Below, one piece after another: positions 49,331-61,664 of a stretch of DNA of 64,000 nt (its first letter is position 1; each line of letters starts with the position of its first letter). The translations under genes were made by a program, and so were the position numbers. The DNA lies in assembly GCA_023515725.1 (NCBI GenBank), contig JALDTO010000146.1, forward strand, positions 62,001-126,000, written 5' to 3'. This DNA comes from Amoeboaphelidium protococcarum X5. Lineage: Eukaryota; Fungi; Aphelidiomycota. Under the pieces are notes generated by a model, which saw nothing but the letters and a program-made list of their open reading frames with translations, had not been told where the DNA came from and did not search any database.

Positions 49331-51940
49331 ATGGATACTGGCCGCGAATCGATAAATGGATAGGACGTTGTTCCTGACTAGACGATGATGGTTATAAGTC
49401 CGGTTGAAGGTGGCATCTCTTTATCACCGACAACTGTGTCCAACGTATAAGATCCCAGAGGAGGGGTAGTCCAGAATAAAGACAGTAATGAGGTTAGCAT
49501 GGAATTAAGGATGATGCCAAATTAATAATTAGACTCGAGTGATGACATGGAGGTGGAGACAATTGACGATGATACTGTGATTGTGAAAGATGATGATGAT
49601 GATGGTCGGTAAGAGAACACTTTATGGTCTCAGATGCTCTCTGCTGGTCCTGGCACTTTATCTGCTAATGGTCAATCTGCTCTGGGCACATGGAATGTGA
49701 ATGAATTATTCCGAATTGGTTTCGCTGATTAGAATACTCAGCTTGTGTAATAACAAAAGTCTGACGTTTAGATTGAAGATATCGCCAGAACTTCACTTGG
49801 TAGTTTTAATGAGGGATCTAATAGTGATATGGGTAGTGCTGATGATCTTTAGCTAATAGATGGCGAGACTAGGCGATTATTGGAGTAGCACATTAACAAT
49901 CAGAGTGCTGGTAGAGGCAGTATTGAGTAGGTTGCCAGCTAAATGTACAATATTAGGATGAAAGAGTTGCTAAAGAGATTGTTGGATCTTCCCAATCCTC
50001 GTATTACAGATCAGATGATGGATCTGTTGCAGACATAGGGCGTTGTAGAATGTTTAATGTCTTTTATCACTAGAATTGACTATACTAACAGCGCCGATTC
50101 TTCTGTAAACTGCAGCACTGTCTGGGATAAAGATCTCTTCCATTCATCCGAAAAGCTCAGGCGTGTATGTTACAGCAGTAAAAAGTAGAGTAACGATATG
50201 TGGGTGTAGAAGTACTCTTACAACACGGTGGATCTATTTTACTTTCCCAACACGTAGAATGTAAAGCTGTTAGATATTAGATTCAGGGAAATTATAGCAT
50301 CTCTGTTCAATGTTTTTGATCAATAGTCAGATGGCAATTATCATCATTTTTGTAAATTTATAGATTATGTCATTCTACGTGATGGCAATAGATTATTGGA
50401 TTTTGTAATGAACAAGTTTGTGAGTCCACGTAATTCAGCTGTGGAGATTCCTTTGATTATGAGAATGTTGGTGGGGTTGGGTCATTCGGCAGTGGAGTAA
50501 ATTCTGATTAGATTATTATTTAAATCATTTGGAAATGTCAATGAAGATCCTCAGTGCTTATAGCGACAGGTGGAAAGATTTCGGGTGCTTTCTAATTTCC
50601 GATTTGTTGAATCTTTGTGGAATATTGTTTTGTTAGATCCTGGAAATGATACAGCTCTACAGTCTACGATTAGATACGCTGCCGACTTCATATCTGATCT
50701 CATAGAGTCGGGGCGTGAAGTAGAAGGAGCCATAATGTTGTTTTATGATTATTGTCAAGATCCATCTTCAGTGCTAGATCTGACATTATCTAGGTGTGAA
50801 TAATTACTCACAACTTGTGTTTCCTGGAGATCTGGTTAATAATTGGAAGAATCAGTGTCTGATGATTCAACTATAATGTTTGCTAATTGCCTCATAAAAG
50901 TTTTGTATCAATTCAGTGTAAAGAGCTCTCTCAAACTTGTAAAGCCACTTGGGGCCAGCAATAGTAATGCTGGAACTCCCGTCAATGATGATCCCTCCTG
51001 TCTAGCCGATTTGTCGCTTTCAACTAATCGACACCTAGTCACTAAATTGAGCCAAGTTGTGAATGTTATTGATTTGTATCTAGAGTACTTGCATCTTGGG
51101 AAGACTAGTATTAAAGTGGCGAGTCATACGGTGAAAGGCCGGGTTCCTTCACACCTAGTTAATCTCATGCATGTTTTGTTTGAAGTACTTAAAAGTGCTG
51201 TATCTAATTCAGAAGAGTCCCGGTAGTCTGTGCTTTAGATTTCGTTAAAATTTTGGGCCAAGTTGTAGTATCTATTCATTCGACTCACTCATCACTCAAT
51301 ATTCTAATTCATCTTTACATAGATTATGGTTTTGCTAATTAGGACATTTAACAATGATCCTTGGATTAATGAATTAATGATAAAGTCGGATTTTATAAAG
51401 AAAAGCATTAGTTTGGTAAAGTAAAATAAAGGAAATAAAGGATTTGTCATTTATTGCTGGAATGTCATTCGGCTTTAAGTTGAATCCAATCCGTAGTGTT
51501 AATTAGCTCTATCCTTGAATGGCACTGATGAAATGGGAGTGCTATGGAAAGAGTGCTCACCCGAGTTGAGATCAACCACTCTCTCCTGGATCCGTTAGCA
51601 GATGTCAATTCAGGAAATAGCATCTTTACCATTTCCTCAAGTGGCACCAGTTGTGATTAATATTAAGCATATGCAGCCTGATATAGTTTCGGAAATTTCT
51701 GGAAATGGGGATGGACATGATGGCTTCAGCACCTAACGACTTGACTCTATTCTGCGGTAATAACGTGCAAGCATTGATCTGGGATCCATTTATGCTGCTC
51801 GTTTAGGCTTTGTTAAGAGCCAAGTAAAGTCTGCTGAGAAGGAATAGTAGAAGTATATCTCGAATGATCTCAGTTCCAAGTGTAATGATCCGATCGGTGA
51901 TAAATCACAATATGACTAGAATTCTACAGACACTGAGTGA
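49331..51940 (+). CDS. Large helical protein with acidic disordered N-terminus, possibly SAPS/PP6 regulatory subunit-like
   Basis: About 869-aa open frame in table 6: MMDLLQTQGVVECLMSFITR, DGNYHHFCK, HHSIFQ, KGFVIYCWNVIR, IDLGSIYAARLGF. Family assignment is tentative. Confidence 0.6.
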
Positions 51941-52043
51941 TGTTGAGTTAAGCACGGTAAAATAGAAGTAATTTTATTTCATTTTAAACGTTTTAAATGT
52001 TCTTTCTAAAAACTACCTTCAATTAGCCTGACATGGTGCTGCG

Positions 52044-53156
52044 TCAACAAGAAATTTAATGCGTCCAACCAGTGACAATAGTGAAAGGCTCGCCGTTTTA
52101 TATTACAGCAAGCCATCCCTCCACCGTCGTCAAAGGGCATTACACCAAATATGCAAATGATTCCCAACCTCTATTTTCATCATGTGCCATTTAAAGCAAA
52201 TATTGACGCCAAGTCTCCTATGTTAATTACTTTCGTCTGATGGAACTTTAAATCGATTCCAAGTTACTCATTAGCATTCCAACTTTAAGACCAAGAGACA
52301 TTGCTTCAACATTCCGTAACTCTGGAGTTCTGGCTACAAACTTCCATACATGGATGTTCTAATATTAAAATGTAGTCATCCAAATATCCTCCAACATCTT
52401 TTAATAGATTAGATCAGAAGTCACGGGCTTGGCATCCAAAAAGGCCTAGAAATTACCAGTAAAATCACCTTACCGCGTAATGATAAACAAAGGTAATTTT
52501 GCCCATATAGTCTGATCAATGTCGTCTTGCAGTAGGGAAATCATATGGTAGAATTTATCAGGATTAGTGCTAGTAACCGCAGCTTCAAGAAAGTTATTGA
52601 CTCCAAAATCTGGTTAGCTATTCAAAATAGTCAACATGGATTCGCGTGAGTTTTTACCACTAATACTTGTTAGCCAACAATTCAACAAAGATGGACCTTT
52701 CTAATCGCCAGGTAGATTGGTTAGCCAGTCTTGAATGATAGCAGAGTCGCCGTATCTGCAAATGGCATCACCTATCTCATCGCCAAACAAGTCTAATGTC
52801 AAAGGTGCTTAGAATAACTATCTTGCGCGATCAGTGTTGCCTGATTTCAATAAGTGAATGAGCATCTGAGGAACTTTATTGCTTTCAACTGCAATTCTGA
52901 TCTTGTCATCTAAACTACGTTTTTCCCAAGCTTATCTAGCTATCTAATTAACAAGAGCCAATTTAGGGTCATCGATCTACTAGAATATATGTTTCTAAAA
53001 GTCCAATGGTAGATCAGTAAACACGTCAAATGAGAATTCATTGGGATCTACTAAATCTTGAAGCACGCCATGCGCACGGTCATAGCCAGTAGGATTGCAG
53101 TAGAGTCTGCCAAAAAATGACGCGCTTAGGAGCCATAGAAGTGACGCGGTATACAT
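52044..53156 (-). CDS. Secreted protein with F-box-like motif, paralog A (370 aa)
   Basis: Signal peptide MYTASLLWLLSASFFGRLYC, then FTDLPLDFQKHIFQQIDDPKLALVNQIARQAW, then a helical region. Frame traced end to end; no introns. Confidence 0.75.
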
Positions 53157-53679
53157 GTCGGATATTTACAAAATTGAGTATTCTAGCAATACTAATCCAT
53201 AGGACGTTGAATGCTGCGCCCCTAAGGCACAACGTGTTAAATGTCGAACGCCTCTAGTCCCTGATCGTCTGTCGATTTGTCGATGACCACTTAGAGGTTA
53301 CTGATTGACTTTTACAAGTCTTTTCAACCTTGAATTAAAGAAAGCTACCGGAAGAATTATCAGCAGTGACAAGGAATGAAGAGGTCCCCCGAAAATGCTG
53401 GAATACTACTTCACGCCTAATCGATTGTCTTCTCTCTCAGCAATTGTACCAACAGATGTTTGGGCGCGCCGATCAATCCCCCTACGATCTACACCGCGTC
53501 AATCTCAATTGATAGTACTTGAAGCTTAAAGTTAGATAAAGGACCAGTTTATTAATCTATTAATATATATTACTTTTTCTATAAAACTAAACCTTTAAAT
53601 TGTGAGCTCGTATGGACATATCGACTTTGGGCATACGTAGAACCAACCAATCAGGGGCACTAATCAGTCCAAGACATGA

Positions 53680-54918
53680 TCAATTAAAATCAACGTTATG
53701 CACCAATTTGTAACAAATCGGAGGACCATTACTGAAGACATGTGGCTATAGATATTGTGAGTAATCCACAAATGTTTTCCCTTGCTATATACTGAGCAGA
53801 AAAGCATTCACGTCCTTGGCTAAGAATCTCAGATTCTTCAAAGTCCTCACCGGGCAATTTACCATGTAAGCAAATGACTTCCAACTATCAACACCATGGG
53901 CAATATCTAGCAACAATGTATGCCAACTTGTTTCTGTCAATATGCCACCTATAATCATACCATTTATTAAATTGACGTTGCCTTAAGTCATGGCACTGCG
54001 CATACCTTCAGCCATCGCGGTAACATCTCTCCGTAGTTCCGGAGAACGCGACACGTATTTCCACACCGATGCGTTCATCCAATGGAACGCGCTCTTCCAT
54101 ATCCCCACTATAACTTTGCGGTAGAGTATGGGATCAGTGACTAATTTGGCGTCCATAAACATTTCTAAATACGTAGCTTTGGTATCATCAGATGGCAAAA
54201 ATTCCATTATAAAAGGTGGTAATTTAGTCCACGTCTTTTGCGAAATGTCATCTTTTAGCAGTGTGATCACATACAAAAATCCGTCCTCTCCACCGTAGAT
54301 AGCAGTCTATCTCAACAGTTGTAAAATCGAATCTTCTTCCCCTTTCAAAGACTCTAAAATAGCTTCAAATGAATCGCGGTCATTCTTTTAGTCAATAGCA
54401 GATAACCAACACTAAAAGATGTAATTAAATCGCGAGATATCATCTTCAATGGTATGGACGCTCATCAGCAACGACTGGATAAACTCGCCATCTCCATGTC
54501 CACAGATTGCATCGCGTAACTCTGGGTAGTTTGGTGAATCTACATCGTAATTATAATCATCCCATAGCTTCCTAGCTCGAAGATTCTACCCAATTTACAA
54601 GAGATCAATTATCATTTTAGGTTCATTATCCAAATTGGCGACTGTGATATCATGTAAATCTCGTTCATCACGAGGACTCAAAGTCTTTGGAGTGACTCGT
54701 CTGATAATAGCCAAATTAGGATGAATTTACTATAATGCCTTTATCTATAGGTCCTCTGGTTCTGTATGCCATTAGAACGCGCTTTCAGTCGAAAAATCAT
54801 CATCATGTGAAGTGGGTACACTTTATACTTGCAATCCTTCATCAGCCCCAGGAACAGGCGTAGATATCGTTCTTTATAGATATAATACACACAGAAGAGG
54901 AACTACGGATATTATCAT
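53680..54918 (-). CDS. Secreted protein, paralog B (412 aa), with degenerate F-box-like motif
   Basis: Signal peptide MIISVVPLLCVLYLQRTIS. Colinear with paralog A: DAICxxGD, CWLxxIxxKNxRxS, LLxDDIxQxxWxKLPxFI, VWKxVxRxPELR, WxSFAYxVxCP. Confidence 0.75.
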
Positions 54919-55194
54919 TGCGGGAAATATTCCTTTTCTTAAATACTAATTATCAGAATCCGCAGCTTGAATTAAGATTGAATGGCTCCACTTGCAAATG
55001 AATCGTGATAAAATTCAAAAATCACACGCGTGTCGATCGATTGATATAAAAGCTAAAACTTCTGCTCAATCGCACAGCGACGCATAAAGTCTGGTCGGTA
55101 TGTCTCACTGAAATTGTTCAAGCATGGGAAACTTTTAAAATCATTCTATGCATTTAGAGCGAACGTAATACTAAAAGTAATCTTATTTCTCTAT

Positions 55195-56610
55195 TCATAT
55201 CAAACTGTCAAATTGAGATGGTTGGCCTGACTACGAATTCTATTTGCCATTATTAGAGTTTTATAGAGCATTTTGGGAAGGTACCTAGTTTGACATTCCA
55301 AAATTAAGTCCAGCCAACTCACCGAACGGATCACTTGACTTTTTAGGTGGAGACTAAGCTTATGCTGATTACTAGGTGTGAGTCGGTCCCTTTCCAAGTT
55401 AAATTGCTCCACCACTAGTCTTCCTTTCTAGAGGATCCAAAATGTCATCATCTTCTCCCATATCGATAAGAGACAGCTCCTTCTATTATTATTATGGAGC
55501 TTATTTAGCCTGGGAATTCACAGATGCCGGAGATGTAGCATTAGAATGCAGCATAATTGACTAAACCTTTCCAAAATCAGCAGTCTGATTGTTCTTCAAC
55601 TAGTCATAGATTCTCAAACCTTCGTTCAAGATATCATTCAAGAACAAAAGACGATCCGTATTGACATTTCCCTCAGAATCACCTGCAGCCATAGCATCTT
55701 CAATCAATTTCAAAATCTTTGGCTGTCCCGACTTGACCACGGCCAGCATATCCTACAGCTCCCGATTGTCAATCAATGCAACCTGCACTCCCACAGCTGG
55801 GATGCCTGGCGCAATAGTTTTTAGTTTATCCAGCAATCGCTTACCATTCCCTTCTACGGATTCCAACATTTCATTCTACTGAGTCGAGTAATCTGGAATT
55901 TTATCATGATAGTAGCCAGCCATGACTTTCATGAGTTCATTAGCCTGAGCCAAGTCAGCAGGTGTACCGCGACGAACAAGCTCCTGCAATTTCGCACTCT
56001 ACACCATTCTATCTTCATTCTCCAACTCATCACGAGTCTTTAACGCATTATTGCTCAGTATGGATGAAGGTGTACCGGCAAATAACTAAGCGGCTTCTTA
56101 TCGAACTTATGGAAAAGTATAGCCCTTCCTCTTCAAGAGTCGATACATATCATTGATATGCACTAAATCTTGACGGTACTTGCTCACCTCAAAGATGCCA
56201 TAGTTCCACAACTGAATCTGCTCCAAAATGCGCTCTTATACAGCAGTCCGATTAGCAGGTGGACGCTCAGGAAACTTTCTAACAAACTCATTCAGGAAAG
56301 CTTTAGTGCTAATCTGCAAGTGGAATGGGAAGCCGCAGTTCTTCACACACTAGTCCAAAAGTGAGAGAGCCAACATGCTCTAATGAGTGTCTCTGCTGTT
56401 TACATACTCTACAATGGTCATGGCTGCTTCATGCGGCAAATTCTTTTACTTTTAATTAATCAAATCAACAATCTCAAGATTAAGTCCTAGATCAGGTTCA
56501 GGATGCTAAATGTCGCATGCCATATCAATCATCGTCTACAATTGTGTACGCTTCTACTGCTTCAGACCTCCACTGATTACACTATCCAACTATTAAACTA
56601 AATTAGACAT
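55195..56610 (-). CDS. GGA-family adaptor (VHS + GAT) without a GAE ear domain
   Basis: EPDLGLNLEIVDLIN, CVKNCGFPFHLQISTKAFLNEFVRKFP, DMYRLLKRKGYTFP, VRRGTPADLAQANELMKVMAGY. 471 aa. Confidence 0.88.
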
Positions 56611-57448
56611 CTTCCTTTACAAGAAATCAATATATATACTTGTGCAGATTAGATAGATATAAAGAACTTTTCACTCGGATAGTCAACTACTCTACAATAC
56701 AACAATGAGTACAGTAACAAAATAAGCCACACTGATTGGAGAAGAATAAAGAATAAAATCTCAAACGGGAAAAGGACAAACGAACGTGAGGAGAGAATTC
56801 AATTCAGCTCAGCTCAATTTCACAACACTGTGTGAAAGAAGAAAGAGACATACGGAGTTCCTCAGGGGATAGAACAGTAGGCAACAAAAGCGGGAAATAT
56901 GTAAATTTGCTAACGGCGACATGTGAATAAAGACTATACTCAAAGTTGTATTACATGATGGCGCATCCTTCTCTGTCCACCTTACAATATATACTCAATA
57001 CCTTTAGGAAATGGAAGACTCATTGATCGATACTTTAGAAAACACCTCGATAAGCCCGGCTCTCATTAAGCATACTGTATAAGGCTCTGTTAACTACAGT
57101 TTCACATTTTCGCGAGAATCAGAGTCGAACAAAATTGCTTTACTATTGTGTTGCCTCAATCAGAAGAATTACTCTGTTAAGGGCAATCAGCGTTCATTCG
57201 ATTTCAATTACTTCTCATTTAAAAGCCATACAATTATAAATTTGGCGGATCCAACAGATATTACTGTAAAAATGCAGTGAACGAACACAAGTCTCATGTG
57301 AAATCTCTTTCTGAAACGCGAGCGTGGGAATTCGTCTTTCATAGTCTCGCGCGCGCGCCGTTCTTTGCTTCTGCCTTTCTCTCGTTCTTCTGCTGTATCT
57401 GCTGCATTGCTTTGAGCACGTTGAAGATATAATTACTGGTACTAGACA

Positions 57449-59233
57449 ATGTTCAACCTGGTGTAGAGGGTTCCTAATAAGCAGAGATTAATAAACTTGA
57501 AAAGTGTCAACAGAAGAGTTGCTTCTCTGTACCATGGTGAAGATTAGTCTAATGTCATTCCTAATAGTGTGGACATCACCTCTCCAGAATTTAAAGAGAA
57601 TTAACAGAGAATGAATGAACTTGTTAAGGAACTTCATGACCAGGTGGAGACTGTTAAACTTGGTAAGCTTAATTGCCACTATGTTTGTTATTAAATGTGA
57701 TTGTCTTGTCATTGATCAACTGTAGGCGGAGGTGAAAGTGCTAGGAAGCGTCATGTGTCTCGAAACAAACTTCTGCCCAGGGATAGAGTTGAAAGACTTC
57801 TGGATCCGAATTCTCCATTCCTTGAGCTGAGTCAACTGGCTGGACACGAGTTGTATGAAGAGCAAGTTGCCGCTGGTGGTATAATCACCGGGATCGGACG
57901 TGTTATGGGCAAAGATGTGATGATTGTGGCAAATGACTGCACTGTGAAGGGTGGTTCGTATTATCCTATTACGGTAAAGAAGCATCTTCGTGCGTAGGAG
58001 ATTGCTCTGGAGAACAGGCTGCCTTGTGTGTACATGGTGGACAGTGGCGGTGCTAATCTTCCTCGTCAGGCGGATGTTTTCCCAGATAGAGATCATTTTG
58101 GGCGTATCTTTTACAACATGGCTAATATGAGTGCTCAAGGTATTAGTTAAGTGGCCTTAGTGATGGGAAGTTGTACTGCAGGTGGAGCGTACGTACCCGC
58201 AATGGCTGATGAGAGTGTTATTGTCAAGTAGTAGGGTACTATCTTCCTTGCCGGACCTCCTCTGGTGCAAGCGGCAACGGGAGAAGTTATTAGCGCCGAA
58301 GAATTGGGTGGCGCAGATTTGCATTGTCGCACCAGCGGCGTCACTGATCATTACGCTCAGAATGATGAAGATGCCATTAATATCGGTAGGAGAATCGTGG
58401 CATCCCTAAACGCTAATAGAAAGAAGAAGGTCATGAGCGAGATGGATATCTAATAGCCTTTCAAGGAACCTCTGTATTCTAGCAATGAACTGGGCGGTAT
58501 AGTGGGCGACAACCTTAAAAAGACTTTTGACGTGAAGCAGGTGATCGCTCGTCTGGTGGATGGATCTGTTTTCCAAGAATTCAAGCCGTTATACGGTCAA
58601 TCGTTGGTTACTGGATTTGCTCATATACATGGAATGCCTATTGGTATAGTGGCCAATAATGGCATCCTGTTCTCAGAGAGTGCATTGAAAGGAGCACACT
58701 TTATTGAGCTGTGTAGTCAGCGCAAGATTCCTCTAGTATTTTTGTAAAATATCACCGGCTTCATGGTGGGTAGCAAGGCTGAGAGGGAGGGAATTGCCAA
58801 AAATGGCTCCAAGATGGTGAATGCTGTGTCCTGCTCCCAGGTTCCGAAATTTACTGTAGTCATTGGAGCTTCATACGGTGCTGGTAATTACGGAATGTGT
58901 GGACGTGCCTACTCTCCCCGATTCATGTGGATGTGGCCGAATTCTAGAATTGGTGTTATGGGCGGCGAGTAGGCGTCTAATGTTCTAGCCACTATCAAAC
59001 GGGATGCCAAGAAGAAGAAGGGCGAACAGTGGAGTGAGGGAGAAGAGATGGAGTTTAAGAAGCCAATCGCCGACAAGTATGACCATGAAGCTAGGCCATA
59101 CTATTCCTCAGCCAGGCTCTGGGATGACGGCATCATCGCACCTCAGGACACTCGTTCCGTTCTGGCGGTTGCTTTAAGTGCCTCACTTAATGCTCCAATA
59201 AGAGACACCAAATTTGGTGTATTTAGAATGTGA
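57449..59233 (+). CDS. MCCC2: 3-methylcrotonyl-CoA carboxylase beta subunit; intron 57663-57725
   Basis: [91 protein letters not shown]. Confidence 0.97.
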
Positions 59234-59437
59234 TTACGATTTAATATATGACTAATCACGCACTTAGCACTTTTTATCGTTGATAATTGAACATTTGACG
59301 TTACTTGAAGTGTAATGTTATTTCTTTCTTCGCTCGCATGAAAAACTTGTATTCTGATATTACGCTTAGCTTTGTCAACGTACTATAGTATAGCATAGTA
59401 GATAATATCTGCTTACTGTAGTATCATAGAGAAAATC

Positions 59438-60967
59438 ATGAATAAAAATGAGCTATAAACTTTAAATGATTTCACGTTTGATGAGAAAGAGTTGGAGAAT
59501 GGACTTGATTCGATGCAATAAATAGTGGACGACCATCCAACTAATGAGTCAATCGGGAATGGAGATGGATATACAGAGTTTAATTTGGACGATATACATG
59601 TTGATGTATCATAGTATGAATCTTTGAATAAACTTGCGGACAATGAGGATGATGAGTTGGATAAATAGTTTGAGTAGCTACGAAAGTCATTAAATGCAGT
59701 CACGTCACCTCACATATTGGACGCTATTCCAGAGCGGTCTTCTCTTCCTAGTGAAACATCCTAGTTTGATTAATAATATTCAAATCATCATAATAATAAT
59801 CATCATCACCAGAATTATGAGAGAAGTTTGTAACTGAACGATATCACCTTCCCGCGGATAGGAGTGTAGTTTGATCATCACGACGGGGAGTAATCTGTTG
59901 TATAATAGAATTAGTAAAGCCTTTTCGATCTCCAACTATAAGTCTAGTAATTGCAAGCTGAAAATTAGAAGATTAATGCTGAGAATGCAAATCTTAATTC
60001 TAAATTGTATTCCCTCTAGGATAAATATGATGCACTGTAGTAGGATCGACGAGCCTAGATGGCCAGTGAGGTTGAGGTGAAGATTCTGCAGGTGGAATAG
60101 CATTTACGCAACGAGAATGAGCGTCAGTTGAAGTTACTTAAATCCGAATATGAAGGCGTCATTGATAGATTATAATTGCAGATTGATTCTAAAGATTAGT
60201 AATTACTCAGGTAAAGCTTGCGTGAGTAAAAGAGTTAATCGACATCGATTTCCCAGTACACTCAGACTGATGACTAGACATACATGAAACTGTAATCGGA
60301 AGTTGTCATCAAGGCTGATCGTATTTTGACTCTGGAAGATCAGGTGCGTTAGCTTACATCGCGTAATGAGGCACTGTCCAATGATTTGCTTAGTGTCAGG
60401 ATTTAGCATGAAGAGTCTCTACAGTAGTTGAGTAGTTTGCGAGCAATGCTGGAACTGAAAGATGTTCAGATATTGGAGATCAACACCGAGTTGCATTAAA
60501 CTAAGCGCGATGGAAGTGAGTCTATATAACGGATAAAGAGTAAATGTACGCAAGCGTATGAGGATGCTGTGGATCAGTTGAAAGCCGAGTACAAGAGAGT
60601 GATTGATACACTAAAGCAAAAGATTGAATATGAAAAGAAGCATAGAGTGCGGTATCAGCAATAGGCATCTGATCTTGCGAAAGTCCATTAGTAACTGTAG
60701 AATGTCTAATAAGATCTTTCACACATCCGGTAATAGCATCAGTCGGAAATTAATACTCTGTTGGAGTAGCATGAAAGTGAGATCAAGACTTTGAAGTAGA
60801 AATACCTGGAAACTCTGACCAAAATGAGGGAAGATGCTGCTGTGATGAAAGCGCGAACAGAGGAGCGGTATATGCGAGAATTGTAGGAAGCCAATCGTAA
60901 GCACTCTGTAGATCACAAGAGATTCACCATGTCTGAGCGTATTCCCTAGAAAATTATTAGAATGTGA
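59438..60967 (+). CDS. Coiled-coil protein with acidic N-terminus (about 509 aa), possibly centrosomal
   Basis: Open in table 6; Q/E/L heptad-rich; C-terminal LKQKYLETLTKMRED. Family not assigned. Confidence 0.65.
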
Positions 60968-61058
60968 TTTAGTCGTTTTATTGTTTATTAAATGTTCTTG
61001 TTTTTACTATGATTTTTACTTCTTTTCTTCTTCACTTGGCAATGATCTGATTCATGAA

Positions 61059-61532
61059 ATGATTTTCCAAATTATTAGAAATTCTCTGAGATACGCGGCA
61101 AATAGCAGTAATGCTTTGAAAAAGAAAATTGAGATAGATGAGCGAGATATTGTAGAGAAATTTGTGGTTGGTAGTGGAAACGGCGGACAGGCTATGCAAA
61201 AGACCAATAACTGTGTCTAGTTGCATCACCTCCCGTCGGGGATACGTATAAATTGCCATGATACGCGAAGTCGAGAATAAAACAGAAAGATTGCACGTAA
61301 ACGACTGTCAGAGAAACTGGATTTTATCGAGAATGGGCGGCTGAGTAAGATTGCTCAGGAAATTGCAAAGGAGCGACGTAGGAATGCCAAGTATGCGAAA
61401 CGGTCTGCAGAGAAGCATTAGAACGGATCAGGTAAATCTGGTGGTCAAGGTGGTGGTGGTAGTAGAGGCAGTCGGAATTCTGATCGAGAATTAGATGAGG
61501 ACATTGCATTCCATTTGTAGAATATGAATTGA
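61059..61532 (+). CDS. Mitochondrial GGQ release/rescue factor (C12orf65/MTRFR-like)
   Basis: [58 protein letters not shown], followed by a basic tail. Confidence 0.88.
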
Positions 61533-61664
61533 TTATCTCTGGGCAGTATCATCTCAGTTATAGGTGTGTGTGTACAAATACAGTAGAAAGTTTAGTCTTA
61601 TCGCATTTGTCCTTTAATTCTCTTTGTTTCACAATTACAATCAACTTTAAAACTTCATCAAACG

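Noticed and set aside
57011-57280. 89-aa table-6 ORF in the GGA-MCCC2 divergent spacer
   Set aside because: No recognisable motif, and ORFs of this length arise easily by chance when only TGA terminates.
59438-60967. CEP152/Asterless assignment for the coiled-coil protein
   Set aside because: It rests on one short C-terminal resemblance within generic coiled coil, which is insufficient without a profile search.
61059-61532. GGQ release factor as the cause of the codon reassignment
   Set aside because: It is a short mitochondrial rescue factor with no codon-recognition domain. Cytosolic stop recognition depends on eRF1, which is not in this window.
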